Shown piece by piece: positions 51,957-64,000 of a stretch of DNA of 64,000 nucleotides; the stretch's first letter is position 1; each line of letters opens with the position of its first letter. Origin of the DNA: Antedon mediterranea (Eukaryota > Animalia > Echinodermata); contig NC_092679.1 of assembly GCF_964355755.1 (NCBI RefSeq), positions 2,448,201-2,512,200 on the forward strand. Direction: 5' to 3'. Below the pieces are notes generated by a model. It was given only the letters and a program-made list of their open reading frames with translations. It was not told the DNA's origin and did not search any database. Both the position numbers and the translations under genes were made by a program.

Positions 51957-54900
51957 TCAGTTTGAGTGCAGGTCCATATGAGAGTCGACATCATTGGGGT
52001 TCATCAGAGCTGGTGGGCTGTGATTGGATGACAAACCATGACTAGTTGGCATATGCGCCATCATCATAGCATGATGGGCGTGGTTCGGTAGAAGCATCGC
52101 CTGCGAATGAACTGTTGGATGGTACTGGGAGATTTGGGGATGGGCGTATGTAGAACCGCTCATGTTCATACTTGCCATGGATGAGGTCATGATTTCACCA
52201 CCTGGAGTAAACAAATACAAACAATCAAACATGAATATCTTTAAAAAAATATACCATTCAAATAATAATGTAAAAGTCTATACTTGTTCCCACCTAAATC
52301 CTAAATTATTACTTTCAATTTCTCATAATTTAGAAATATAATCATAAAAGGACACATAATCCAAAAAAATTTCTTTGTATAGAATTTAGAAAGAATCATT
52401 AAAAGCATTAATAATTACCACAAATAATCAATGTAATAACTATAATTGTTGTATAATTTAAATAATATTACATTACATAGTGTATATACAGTTATTGCTT
52501 TATAGCCGATTGCTGTACATTTACAGCTATGTAAATCCTGCAGATTTAAATTTGATAAATTAAAAGTGAAACCATTACACTACTTTTAGTACTACATGTT
52601 AATTTTTGTGCAAATCTATGCGACTATTAACTCTAAACACAGCCTTCGGACAAAACAGATGATGTAAACATCGACGATAAGAATCACCTACACTTATAAA
52701 CAACGATGAAGTTCATTGTGCATTAGTACGTACATCCAGATATTCTACGGTAAGCTCTGTCTACATCCAGATATTCTACGGTAAGCTCTGTCTACACTAT
52801 CAAACTAGTTTGACAAAAAAAGTGTGATGTGCCTAAATATGGTACTGATATGCTTAAATATGGTAGCGATATGACATCTCTATGTCCATATATGCATAGA
52901 CATTTTTTTGTCACATAAAGTTTCATAGTGTAGACAGAGCTTAAAACTACTTCTAATTTCTAGTGCATACATACATAGGGGTCAGGGGTCAGGGGTCAGG
53001 GAGTGATAATGTCTCATTATTCATGTTGGATGTACTGATGTAAGTGAACTAAGAAATTTGTATATTTTATTTTTATAATGTGGTAATTTGTTTCTAGTTT
53101 TTTTCTCTTGTATATGATACTGACATCTTTCATTCGTAAATGTTTTATGAATATGAAGATGAATAAACAATTTTATTTTTTATAAACCTTCTTAGTATGC
53201 TTCCTTGCATGTGGTCATTTTAAATTAAAAAAAAATATTTAATTACATTTTCTTGAGAATAAAATTTGTTGGTAGATGTTTTGTGGAAAGCAGCCCCTTG
53301 TATTAAGGATGTCCCTTATGTTATGTTTGTCCCTCCAATGATGTTTGCCCCTTATGATGATTTTTGTCCCCCCCCCCACCAACACCCCCACCCCCAAATG
53401 ATGTTTGTCCCCCCCCCCCCCCCCTGGCCAATAATGTTTGTCCCTCCAATGATATTTGCCCCTTATGATGATGTTTGTCACTTGGTGGAGTCCCGTCCAA
53501 ACAAATAGTGTAAAAAATTAACAGCAACCTGCTTAGTACAGGTGAGGATGCCATTCATTACCCGGTGGGCGCAAATGCATCGATGGTTGCTGACCGTCCA
53601 TCATGAAGCTGCCAATGGGTTGGTTATCGGAACCGTAGCCTGGTCCACCACCAAGTCCGCCAGGCACTGCAAGATAAAAGACGATTGAGACATTACAATA
53701 AAGATTAAGAGACAATCTTATATATCAAAATATAACATTTCTGAGTTATACATGCTGGGTAGAAATTGATTGATAATCAAATTCTTTATTAGGCTTAAAA
53801 ACAGAAATTAAAAAAACATTCATTCATTCATTCTTACCTTACAAATTTATAAGTTCTGTCTACACTATCAAACTAGTTTGACAAAAAAGTGTGATATGGG
53901 GGTGATATGCCCAAATATATATCATATCCATATATGGGCACATCACATTTTTTTGTCACATGAAGTTTGATAGTGTAGACAGAGAACATCCAAATAACAA
54001 CAACAATACCTTGATTTTAAGATGAGAGCAAACTCATGTTTACTATTATGCAGTTTAGGTAATGATTCTGGTACTAGAACAGAGCTAGAATCGAACCAAT
54101 ACCCCTGACAAACCAATGCAATTAGTGGTAGTAATTGCCATTCAAATTGACAAGCAAACCAAACGATCATTTATAAATGTTCTCAAGAAATAATGATTGA
54201 AAAAAAACACAAACCTTATTTTTCAAAGGGTAAGCAAGAATCGCTTACGTGTAGAAAGAAAAGTTGAAACAGTCTCAAGTCCAGAAGAAGTAAATCAACG
54301 GTCACCCTCAGTAGTGGTGACATGCAACGGCAAGGGGTACAGCAAAGGGCATTGGAGAAGGGTTGTTAACTTCTGTCTACACTATCAAACTGTATGTAAC
54401 AAAAAAATGTGGCCATATATGGACATGATGATGTCATACCACTACCATATTTGACCATATAACACTTTTTTGTAAAACTAATTTGATAATGTAGAAAGAC
54501 CTTTATAAAGCGCATGCATAACATTCATTACATCATCTTATGCTCTGCAATCATCTTATGCTCATTTCTGATGCTATGCTTTATTGTGTTAATAAATAAT
54601 AAATGCACTAGAAAGGAACAGAGTAATTTTTTTAGGACGAACAGTGCCACCATTGATATTGTTCTTCATAATATATTTTTCATAAACAATTTCTCATATT
54701 CACATTTTTACATAATCTATAGTATGTATAACGTTTTTATATTAAATTTAAAAATTGTGCAAGGTTATCGACACATTTTAGTTCCAAAAAATAAACGGAA
54801 TTAAATTTGTGTAATTAATTTTGAACTTTATCTAATGTCAGAGAAATATAAACAACCTTTCCAATTATAGTTAATGTGAACATTGTATATGTGTACAGAA

Positions 54901-55941
54901 TTTTAATTTTCTATGACACAAGCAACATAAATGCTAATGTATTTGATTTATGTTGATATACTATGAATTCAAAAGCCGAGAAGACATCTGCGGGGAATAA
55001 CGATCAAGTCGTGGTCCAAGGACGCACTGACGAAAGAAGGAAGGAGATGAGGAGACTAGGACAATCAAGATATTAAACTGAACCGTCATCACTCTCGGGA
55101 ATATAAAGCGAGTATCTTAGATCGCGAACATTTGACGCACAATTGGGGATTACAACGGAACATAACGAAGCTATAAGAAGCAAACGATTATGACATGGCG
55201 GCCTGTTACTAGGTTGCAGAGTGGAAGGACTACATGGAACTTTGTCAAACATGATTAAAACATCATAGGCTAGAGATTCAGCCGAACGCTACATACACGT
55301 CTTTTTTTACATGAATGATTTCTCCTGACACCGGTTTACGATAGCCGATATGAAAAGGGTTTTCCCAAGTGGGGCGATGTATTAGAGTCTGTATGGCGGG
55401 ATTAAATAAATGGGGGATCCAATGTAGAGACGGGAGACTCGGAGGGGGGGATGTAGGGAATGTCGAGGGACTAGGTCGCCATTCAAAATTATCTAGTGTC
55501 AATATTAATCGAGGGTTTTAAAGTAATCACTAAATGCGGAGAGACACATCTAGGGGACGGATTCATTCAGGCCCCGCGGTACGCTGGTATACCAAAATCT
55601 GGATAAAATCGAAACTTAAAACTTGTAATCATGATTGAAGGGTATACGAAGAAAACATGCAAAAGTTTCTTACAACTTTCTTGTAAGGAAATGTTTTGTA
55701 CAGTAGATGTCCAAATCATTCATGCTAAACCATTAAGTGGGTAGTAAAGGGGGGTAAGGTTTTGTGAATTGCGCATTGGGGGGGGGGGGGGGGCACAGAC
55801 ATACCAGGGGAGGGTCCTGGTGACAGACAGGATGATGATTTACGTCTTCTGGACTTGAAAACAGTTACAACAGGCGATTTACCTGCTCTGTTTGATTGGT
55901 CAATCATTGGTTGAACAATCCGACGTCGTGCGTTGATAAAC
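51957..55941 (-). CDS. Meis: Meis/homothorax TALE homeobox gene, last three coding exons (5' part lies beyond the right edge)
   Basis: Exon 55941-55883 (59 nt) encodes (W)FINARRRIVQPMIDQSNRA, the Meis homeodomain helix 3 plus the Meis-specific tail. Exon 53666-53562 encodes VPGGLGGGPGYGSDNQPIGSFMMDGQQPSMHLRPP (cf. MEIS1 [22 protein letters not shown]). Exon 52201-51957 is His/Met/Pro-rich and ends MDLHSN* (cf. MEIS1b MDIHAQ*). Boundaries are AG/GT with consistent phases. I found no upstream homeobox exon in 55942-64000. Confidence 0.96.
52784..52941. mobile_element. MITE family A copy in the last Meis intron
   Basis: agctctgtctacactatcaaac ... gtttcatagtgtagacagagct; the left end is part of a 31-bp tandem duplication (52731-52792). 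Confidence 0.88.
53310..53480. repeat. Low-complexity atgatgtttgtccc(c)n repeat; G-runs on the Meis sense strand
   Basis: About eight copies of (atg)atgtttg(t/c)ccc with C-runs up to ~16 nt. This generates the spurious ORFs at 53239, 53266 and 53321. Confidence 0.8.
53852..53984. mobile_element. MITE family A copy in a Meis intron
   Basis: agttctgtctacactatcaaactagtttgacaaaaaag ... agtttgatagtgtagacagag. Confidence 0.85.
54369..54502. mobile_element. MITE family A copy (diverged, opposite internal orientation)
   Basis: ttctgtctacactatcaaac ... atttgataatgtagaaaga; the interior ccatatatggacatgatgatgtcataccactaccatattt is the reverse complement of the other copies. Confidence 0.75.
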
Positions 55942-58900
55942 CTACGGAAACAAAAATTGAAAATTTAAATTATACTTTAGGCTCGAAAAAAACCCCCAAA
56001 TTTTATTACAATTGTTTTATATTACAAAAAGCAGGTCGTTAACACTTTGACCCCTCTACAAATAGTATACTCCAATTTTTATCAGTAAGTTAAGAGGTAA
56101 TTTCCTCCACCGCCATCATTAATTTCAGTAATTTGTGTACGTGAACAGACTTCTGTTTCTATCATTTGTGATAATTTAATAGGAAATAACAGAAATAAAA
56201 TGCGTTAAAAACGTAATTACTTGGGCTGATATTGTTTAGTACAATCCAATAGATTTTGACAAGAACATATTTTTATTACAGATTAAAACTTGTAAGGTTG
56301 GTTTTAAATTTAAAAAAAAACTACAGTATTTCATGATTTTCGGAAATAAATTGTCTATTTAGAAGCTTTCACTGTTTAATTCAAAATGAAAACTGGTTTT
56401 TTATTTTCGTTTTTAACAACAAAAACACACAGGAATATTTTATAATACAAAAGCTAATACTATTATCATCAACAATTTATTATTATTATTATTATAGATA
56501 AATAACTACAATTTATGTAATACAATATTAAAATTAAACTAAATTAATAAAAAAAATAGCATGATATTATTATTGGTTGTATATTTTTTCAATGTTCACA
56601 AATGCAAAATTATGTTAAATATCGTAAAAATAATAATCACTTTTTTAAAACCTTGGCATATAAAACAGGCATGAGAAGAAATAAAGAATGTTTATTGGAT
56701 ATTATTATGACCATTAGTAACCTTTGTCCTCTGCTAATCCAATCAAATTGGCATCTGCAAAGTCTGAGCATGAGCAGACGATTACAATTAATTCTTTTTA
56801 GTCTGCTATGACTGAGCATGAGCAGATGGTTTTCTATTTCCAACTAATCAAATCACTTTATTTGAGCATGTGCAGCAGATTTAATATTTAGTCTGCTATT
56901 ACTGAGCATGTGCAGAAAGTTTTTTATATAATTTTCAGCTGCATGGCCAATGGCTAGTGGTCTTTGAATTGAAATCTATTTGTATTAATTAGATCAAGAA
57001 AGGCAATTTACATCCAAGGCCTTTGGCTATCCAGTTGGCTGGCTGTAAATTGATACTTTGCTTTGTTGCCAATCTCTAGGGCTTTAATCCTTAAAATTTT
57101 ACTGTGTGAAGGAATCCATTAAAATATGCAAACTATTCCATAATAATGCTTCTTCCATTATGACGACGCCATGTTCTTTGATTATTTTCCTACCACCAGT
57201 GATATCTAATAACAGAATTTAAGTCTAGTTACTTAAATCGTTGATGATGATATTTTTAGACAGTAATGATAACAAAAACGTTAACTACACATCTGCAGCG
57301 ATGTAGGATCAAGTGAGTGGTGTAGATCACCAGGGGCATTTCACTATAACAAACAGTAATTTAGCCCTGATGGTGCAAATTATCCGCACATGTTACTGTG
57401 TGGTGTAGCTTTATAGCCGTCTTTTTAGTGTGATACTGCTAACGTACTTTTGTAATGAGATCCGTGTTAGATCTGGTGGGTGGTTAGACCCCTGTTTTGA
57501 AGTAGTATACTGGCAGGCATTTATCCACTATGATTAATGATTTGGCATGCGTCTTAGGCGCCACACATCCCAAAGTATGCTAATGACTTCGGCAGCCCCC
57601 TGAGTTTCACCAGCTGTGGAATCTGCTATTAACCCTGTTCTCGTTCATTTCGGAGTTCTTCTTCTTTTTATATACGTTGGAATATTAAGTCCCTCCCATT
57701 CAATTACGCAATAGAGGGCATTAAACAAAAGCATGGACTCTTCCAAAAAATGTAATCTAATAAAAAAATAATTTAAATATTGTTTATATGTTGATTTTAT
57801 ATTATTCTATTTATTCAATCAAAGAAATCATTTTACAGATATAAAATCTACATTATATACAGTAGTAATCAAACATTAAAAAACACATAACATCTAGAAA
57901 AAACATTAAAAGCATACAAAAGACAACTTGGAAAGTTTTGTATAATTAAACTGATATAAAATACATATATTTAATTCAAACCAACTAAAATTTATTTTGG
58001 GGCCTATATGTATATATAATTATATCTATGGATAAATTAAAAACGAAACAGTCCCATGCTAATTTTTATAGAATTATGTTATAAGTTATAAAATTGTGCG
58101 TTTAACTTATAAATATTTTCAAAATTAGCAAAAACCTCACAAACATAGGGGGGTCCTACTATTTGTAACCTAATTGAAACAAAGTGACTGATATAGGGCT
58201 TCAATCGAATTAAGCAATTTAGGGACGGAAATGCGTTAAGTAGGGTAATCCACGATAGCTTTGAAATCACTCAGAGGTCAGACGAGTCATCAATGTAAAA
58301 GATGAAACATCAGTTGAAAACTTTGCAAACGCTCTTCTTAATAGAACCATCACTGTCAACCTACTAATTAAGTATCAATTGATATTTAATTAATGAAGTT
58401 ATAACAGGTAAATGTCAAAAAAAAAAATACAATTTTTATATTTTTCAGTTTGTTTGATTTGAATTTATTAGGAAAATCATCATACAAAATACATACAAAA
58501 TTAACATAAATTACTGACATTACAAATAATACATTTATAACAGATTTTCCAGGATAGCCCAAAAAGTTTATTAGCTTATTTCCATTGGGATCCTTTAACA
58601 ATCTAAAATAAAAAATATAAACATTACAAAGTATTGCATTAAACACATAAATATAACAAAAACAATAATACTGTATAATAAAACAAGTTAAATTAAAAGA
58701 CTATGACTGACTTATATAGTTATTTTGTTGAACAGAAATGTGATGTTGAAGCGTCTACGGTAGTTAAAAATATAGTGATTTTTTTCGATTTTAAAATAAA
58801 TTAATACTGAACCAAACTGTTGAACTGGTTTATGGGGATAATAAATAAAAAGATGAGCCTTAAATAAAAAATCAGTTAACAACGTTTGAAATTAATATTA

Positions 58901-59501
58901 TTAAAAAGTTAAAAATTTAAATTGATGATGATGATGCAAATTGAAGATATTATTCTCATTCTTTGGGGGAAGAAGACATGTTTTAAGTCAATTCTCAATT
59001 TTTATGGTAATATAAAAATACTGCAATCTTTCGAGATCTTTCTCCTTTTGGAATATTAATTACACTGCATTTGAAGAACTTTTTCAATGTCTGTTATAAA
59101 TTTTGTCCAAACCTATCTACAATTTCCTGCGGATTTAGATTTTAATGATGCCTATAAAATTAAAGATCTTTATTTGTGGTTCAGTGTTCTGTGTTCATCA
59201 GCACCCCTTTAGTAATAATATGTATGCTTCCTTTAATTTGGTTTCCTTTTCAATAACATTTTAATCATTTCACTTTTCGTTAAAACATCATAAAGAAGTT
59301 AAACCCACAAATTCATTCATATTTATATGTGCATCAATAAGTTAAAGTAGAACTTTCTTGGGACAACATAAAGGGGACACTTTCCTGTTAAACAAATGAG
59401 GGAAACTAGTATAATATTAGGTCAAACTCTATTCAAGGGACATTAGGTGGGCCGCAACAGGCTTTCTTCTACTGTATTATGGAATAAGTCGAGGAATCCA
59501 A

Positions 59502-59617
59502 AGCTCTGCCTACACTATCAAACTATAAATGTACCCAAATATTCCCAAATATGGTAGTGATATGACATCACCATGTCCATATTTGGGCACATCATATTTG
59601 ATAGTGTAAACAGAGCT
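59502..59617. mobile_element. MITE family A copy in the large Meis intron
   Basis: agctctgcctacactatcaaac ... tttgatagtgtaaacagagct, right flank TAA. Confidence 0.85.
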
Positions 59618-61366
59618 TAAGTCGATATGGCACATTGACATTGTATGAATTCCCTTCATTCATAGGCCTATGCATGTCTGTTTTTTTTTACTATATAAAC
59701 TTCAATTTTCAGTGTATATTCTTATCATTCATTCATTCATTCATCTTTTATTTCGGAAAAAACAAAATTTTCCATAGCTCAGTAACCATTATTATGAGAA
59801 ACTGCACAGGTTATCCTCTCTAAAGATGGTTTACACAAAAAAATATTGATTTCAACTGAAATTTATAACCAACTGTTTAATAAATATAAAAATATATGAA
59901 TTGAATAAATAATTAATCTTTTATGTTTACATCATAATATTCATTCATGATGTCATCAATTTAGATATAATTTACTACTATAAATACAATTTAATTTCTA
60001 TACTATTTATTAATAAAAATATTAATTAAAATTAACTAAATACGAATGAATGACTTCCCAGAGAAAATAACATTAAATGTACTTCATGTCAGTAAGAACT
60101 GTACACAGTAGGGAAGGGGGCTAGGCCCCTGTTAGTTGTACCTCAGGGAGTTTCAACATAATTATCATCCTTTCCTATACATTATCTCTGGCTAAAGCTA
60201 ATAGACTCCGCCAGCCTTGGCCTATTTCAAACTACAGGATGGAAGTGAATAAAAACCAAATAAAAACCAATTCCAATAAAAAAATTAAGCGTTTACAAAA
60301 TATATTTAATCATATTATAATAGATCATGTTTTTAAAAAGTTAATGCAATTATTGTTTTAACACTGATAAAGTAGAGTAAAATAGATATACATTAAAAGT
60401 TTATTTAAACATAACAAGGCCATATAGCAAGAGGTTAAAAACAGACAGGCAAAGAGATGCTTGTGAAAACTGAAAATTTCAGATGAGGCGGGCTACAGCC
60501 CTGCATAAAAGTTTGATTAAGTTCTAAGTAGAGTTGTATGTTTTGACAAAACTTTAACTTGTAAGTTCAAAGTCAAACAAGAGTAGGCAGGTGCTAATGG
60601 GAATGTCAACAGGTGTCACACCTAGCTGGAGTCCCTGAGAACTTGCTCAAGGAAAGGTTCCAAGTTGTGCTACAGTTGTACAAACATAATCAGGTAAAAA
60701 AGAATTACAAAGCCAAGCACGAGTATAAATACATTTCACATAATCACAAACAAACAAAAGATATCAACTCTAAAAAAATAACAGTATAAATGAACACCAT
60801 GTGGAAGTTTTTGAGTTAAATGTAGCAAAAGGCCATATTATTATAATTTAAAATGATAAAAACTGTTTATTATTAAGCCATTTGGATTTATTACAATTTT
60901 TAAAAATGTAATCAGTGAATCAAAATTACAAAGCAGAAAATCTATATATACTTATAATTATATATCGCAACATTATTTCCGATTATAAACACTACGAATT
61001 GATTTTTAAAATTCCTATACATTGTTGCTGAAAGTTTTAGTTCATTCTATTTTGACATCGATAGCCTCCCATAGGAAATTTCACAAAACCAATGTCTCTA
61101 AATAAACAGCGCCCTCATATTTGTGCATGATTAAGTATCAACCATGATCTAATATGCATAGTTTAATACTAAGTTACCATAGTAACAAAAGCAGTTGCTC
61201 AGGAAGTCCCTAAGGTAATAAGATTGAAGCATAATAATAAGGGCATTTAATGCAAACATTTACTACACCTGAAAAAAAGACAAGCCTCAACAAAACACTT
61301 CCTGTTCATGACAATTATGCTAATTATTATGCTAATTATATTCATATTTCTAACAATCTGTCGTAT

Positions 61367-61398
<32 letters not shown>

Positions 61399-64000
61399 CA
61401 TTAACAAGTTGTTTCCTTTTTTTGATCTATAAAACTGAATTAACAACAAAAACAACTTTAATTTGTTTGCTAGCAACCAAATGCTACCTCTCTAATTTCT
61501 TTATTCAATATAATCCGTCTACAACTCTGAGTTCATTATCTCGGACATGGCATTGTCTTTCATTTTCAAACCCATTCACAATCGTACATTACATTCGTAA
61601 TTACACAAAACATTGACCGGCAGACAAATAAAAATCCTTTTTGTCCGGTCAATCCTAACTCTAGGCTACATTATTTTAATTCCACTGCCGATAAAACTAA
61701 AAATGTCATTATTCTTAGAATGAAACATCCATTATTTTGTCCAATGACCATCAGATTTATCAATCAAAACATTTAATGTATCCTTGAGCGAACTCGTTTA
61801 AAATTCCCTGAACTACTTTCTTTTTTTAGTGTCATCCCTCAATAGATTTTCTTCAAAACCTTATTTACCATGTAAAGTTGCGACAGGATATTGCCAGCTA
61901 TACAGCGTGAAAGAGATAGGCGACAGCAGGAAGAGCTCCTGCAACTACCCACTGATCATTTCATGGGGCTATCATGAATAGAGACATCAATTTTAAATCT
62001 GAGTCACTCAGATTGTCAAACACAAAATAATACGACTGCCTTGGTATAATTTAACATATCTGATTGGAGAAGAATGGAGCTGAGCCAACTTCCTTACGAT
62101 TGGTTCGTCTTGGCTGAAGACCAGAGGTCACAGAAGCAAATTTAACACTCGTTTGTACACAGTATTATAAACGCTTTTAATTATTCGACTTTATCTACAC
62201 TATAATAATATTTATAGCTCCATGTAGAAGTAGTACTAAGTAAATAAATAAATAAATAAATAAATTATAATACTATAGTTGTACTAAACAACACTATCCA
62301 AATTTCAAATTTTTTCCTAAAGTAAAACTACCTCATTAACAAAATTCCAACATTTTTACCCAAACCACACAAATTTAATTGCCAAGTTGTCATACCTGGT
62401 AGTACTGTATTTCCTTTTTAGTTTAGGCTAATTTTCGACACACTAGGGAGTCTGGAAAGTGGTAATCACAGACCTAATGCACATTCTTTATTTTGTTTTT
62501 CGTTTCGTTTTTAAGATGGTACAATCATAGAGACAATAGACTTGTTTGTAAAAAGCTTGAAGTTCGAGAGCTACACTACTTGTTGTGTTATCTGTGTCCT
62601 CAAAAATAATTTATACAATTATTAATATTATACATGATAAATACAATTTGTTTTTAAATATAAGGAAACTTGGAAATAATATTATTGTAGTTTTATTCTG
62701 TTCTATTTAAAATGAATTTTGTTTATATATTTCTTAATTATAAATTGCAGCATTGATTAAATTTATTTTTCTAGACAATTTTTTGTTGACCAGGTTATTA
62801 GAGGACCTTTCTGTGGTCACTTGATAGTTGGCCAAAATTCCATAAGCCAATCAATCACATGCTGGCCTCATCTAAACAGACCAGTTGACATTCACAATAA
62901 TTTGCATAGCCATAATTGTATGAAAATTTAAGTTCATATGATCTGAGCATGCTCAGACCTTCCTCTAGACCACCTTGAAGCAATTGTTAAAACCATATTT
63001 CCCAGAAGCCTCTGTTCACATTAACTTACTAAATTGAATTGGTTGCAAATAGAATCACTAAACAGTAGAATCTCTATTAAGAGGGACACTTTTAGAAAGT
63101 GACCTCACAATAGGGATGGGCATTAGAAAGTGACCTCTTAGAAGGGGCTAGTTGGCCTTAGTGTTCAAACATTTCCTCTCATTTGTTTCAATAAAAAGTG
63201 TCTCTGCAAATTACAGAAAATGTTTCAATTCAGTTTATGCAAACATTTATTTTTTACAATTCTCCAAAAATGTTATGAATGGCAGACTGTTGCAGAGTTA
63301 AAATTCTGACAAAGGTGGAAGGTGAAGGGAAGTGATACCTGATCATGTACCCCTCACAAAGGATTTGGTGACACCAATCTGTACACTCTGCTCACCTTTC
63401 GGAGACCCTCAATGAGCTGTAGATTATCCAGATTACTTCCATTGAGTCTGTTTACATAAATGAGTGAACCAGCTTTGACCTTTGTGGAAGAATGATGAAG
63501 ACTGGACAAGGAGCAGATACAAGGGTAATCCATCACTGTCTTACCAAAACAATGTGACCCATATTGCAGTTATGCACAGCAGATGGAGACACATTTTAAT
63601 TCAGTGCTGGATCTACTATCTTGAAGAAGAATGGAAATTGCACCACTTTTAATCATAGTAATCATGTCCACCAATTTTTTAATCTTTTATTTTGTTTATT
63701 TAGAGTTTTAATCCAATTCTGGATCTACTATCTTGCAGAAAGAATGGAAAGAGTTGCCTATAACATTGCACCACATTTAATCATAGATTATGTCCACCAC
63801 ACAAAGTACAATTTTCGGTCTTTTCTTTTGTATTAATTAGAAACTACTAATACACAAGTGTTTAATGTTAAAGATGTATTGTTCCCCAAAAACTTGAAAA
63901 ATAAAGATTAATTAAATCAGACTTTGAATGTGTTATTTTTTAGTTTTAATAAAGTTAATCACTTCCGTAGAAAAAAAAACCCAGAAAAAATAATGTTTTC

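Noticed and set aside
53239-53554. Gly-rich and Pro-rich ORFs
   Set aside because: Produced by the low-complexity C-run repeat in the Meis intron.
54960-55620. GC-richer stretch with a 74-aa ORF as a possible extra Meis exon
   Set aside because: No convincing splice pair or Meis similarity, and the flanking exons already join in phase. It may be UTR of a retained-intron isoform, but this cannot be supported from sequence.
55942-64000. Search for the preceding Meis homeobox exon ([25 protein letters not shown])
   Set aside because: Not found by eye; the region is treated as intron longer than 8 kb and its short ORFs as spurious.

Overview
AT-rich, intron-containing animal genomic DNA (invertebrate; deuterostome/echinoderm-like is my inference only), not prokaryotic. 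Four genes can be reconstructed by manual splicing. (1) The first coding exon of an ether-a-go-go (KCNH1/5-type) K+ channel, minus strand 175-253, running off the left edge. (2) A complete 10-exon CDIN1/C15orf41 gene, plus strand 10466-14513, 291 aa, with a U12 minor-spliceosome intron. (3) A two-exon CXorf65/C22orf15-family gene, minus strand 47034-47710. (4) The last three coding exons of a Meis/homothorax TALE homeobox gene, minus strand 51957-55941, with signs of alternative C-terminal isoforms. CDIN1 and Meis are tail-to-tail as in human 15q14 (CDIN1-MEIS2), but ~30 kb of satellite DNA lies between them. The first satellite (~6.7 kb) consists of head-to-tail fold-back MITE-like units (99/196/295/590-bp periods). 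The second (~23 kb, 476-bp monomer) has nested higher-order repeats and appears to sit inside the spacer between two copies of the same MITE family. The window also holds a 25/26-bp minisatellite, several PIF/Harbinger-like MITEs and a Helitron/Helentron-like element. I see no new protein system; the most novel material is repeat architecture and splicing structure. Nearly all ORFs in the supplied track are repeat-derived or spurious.
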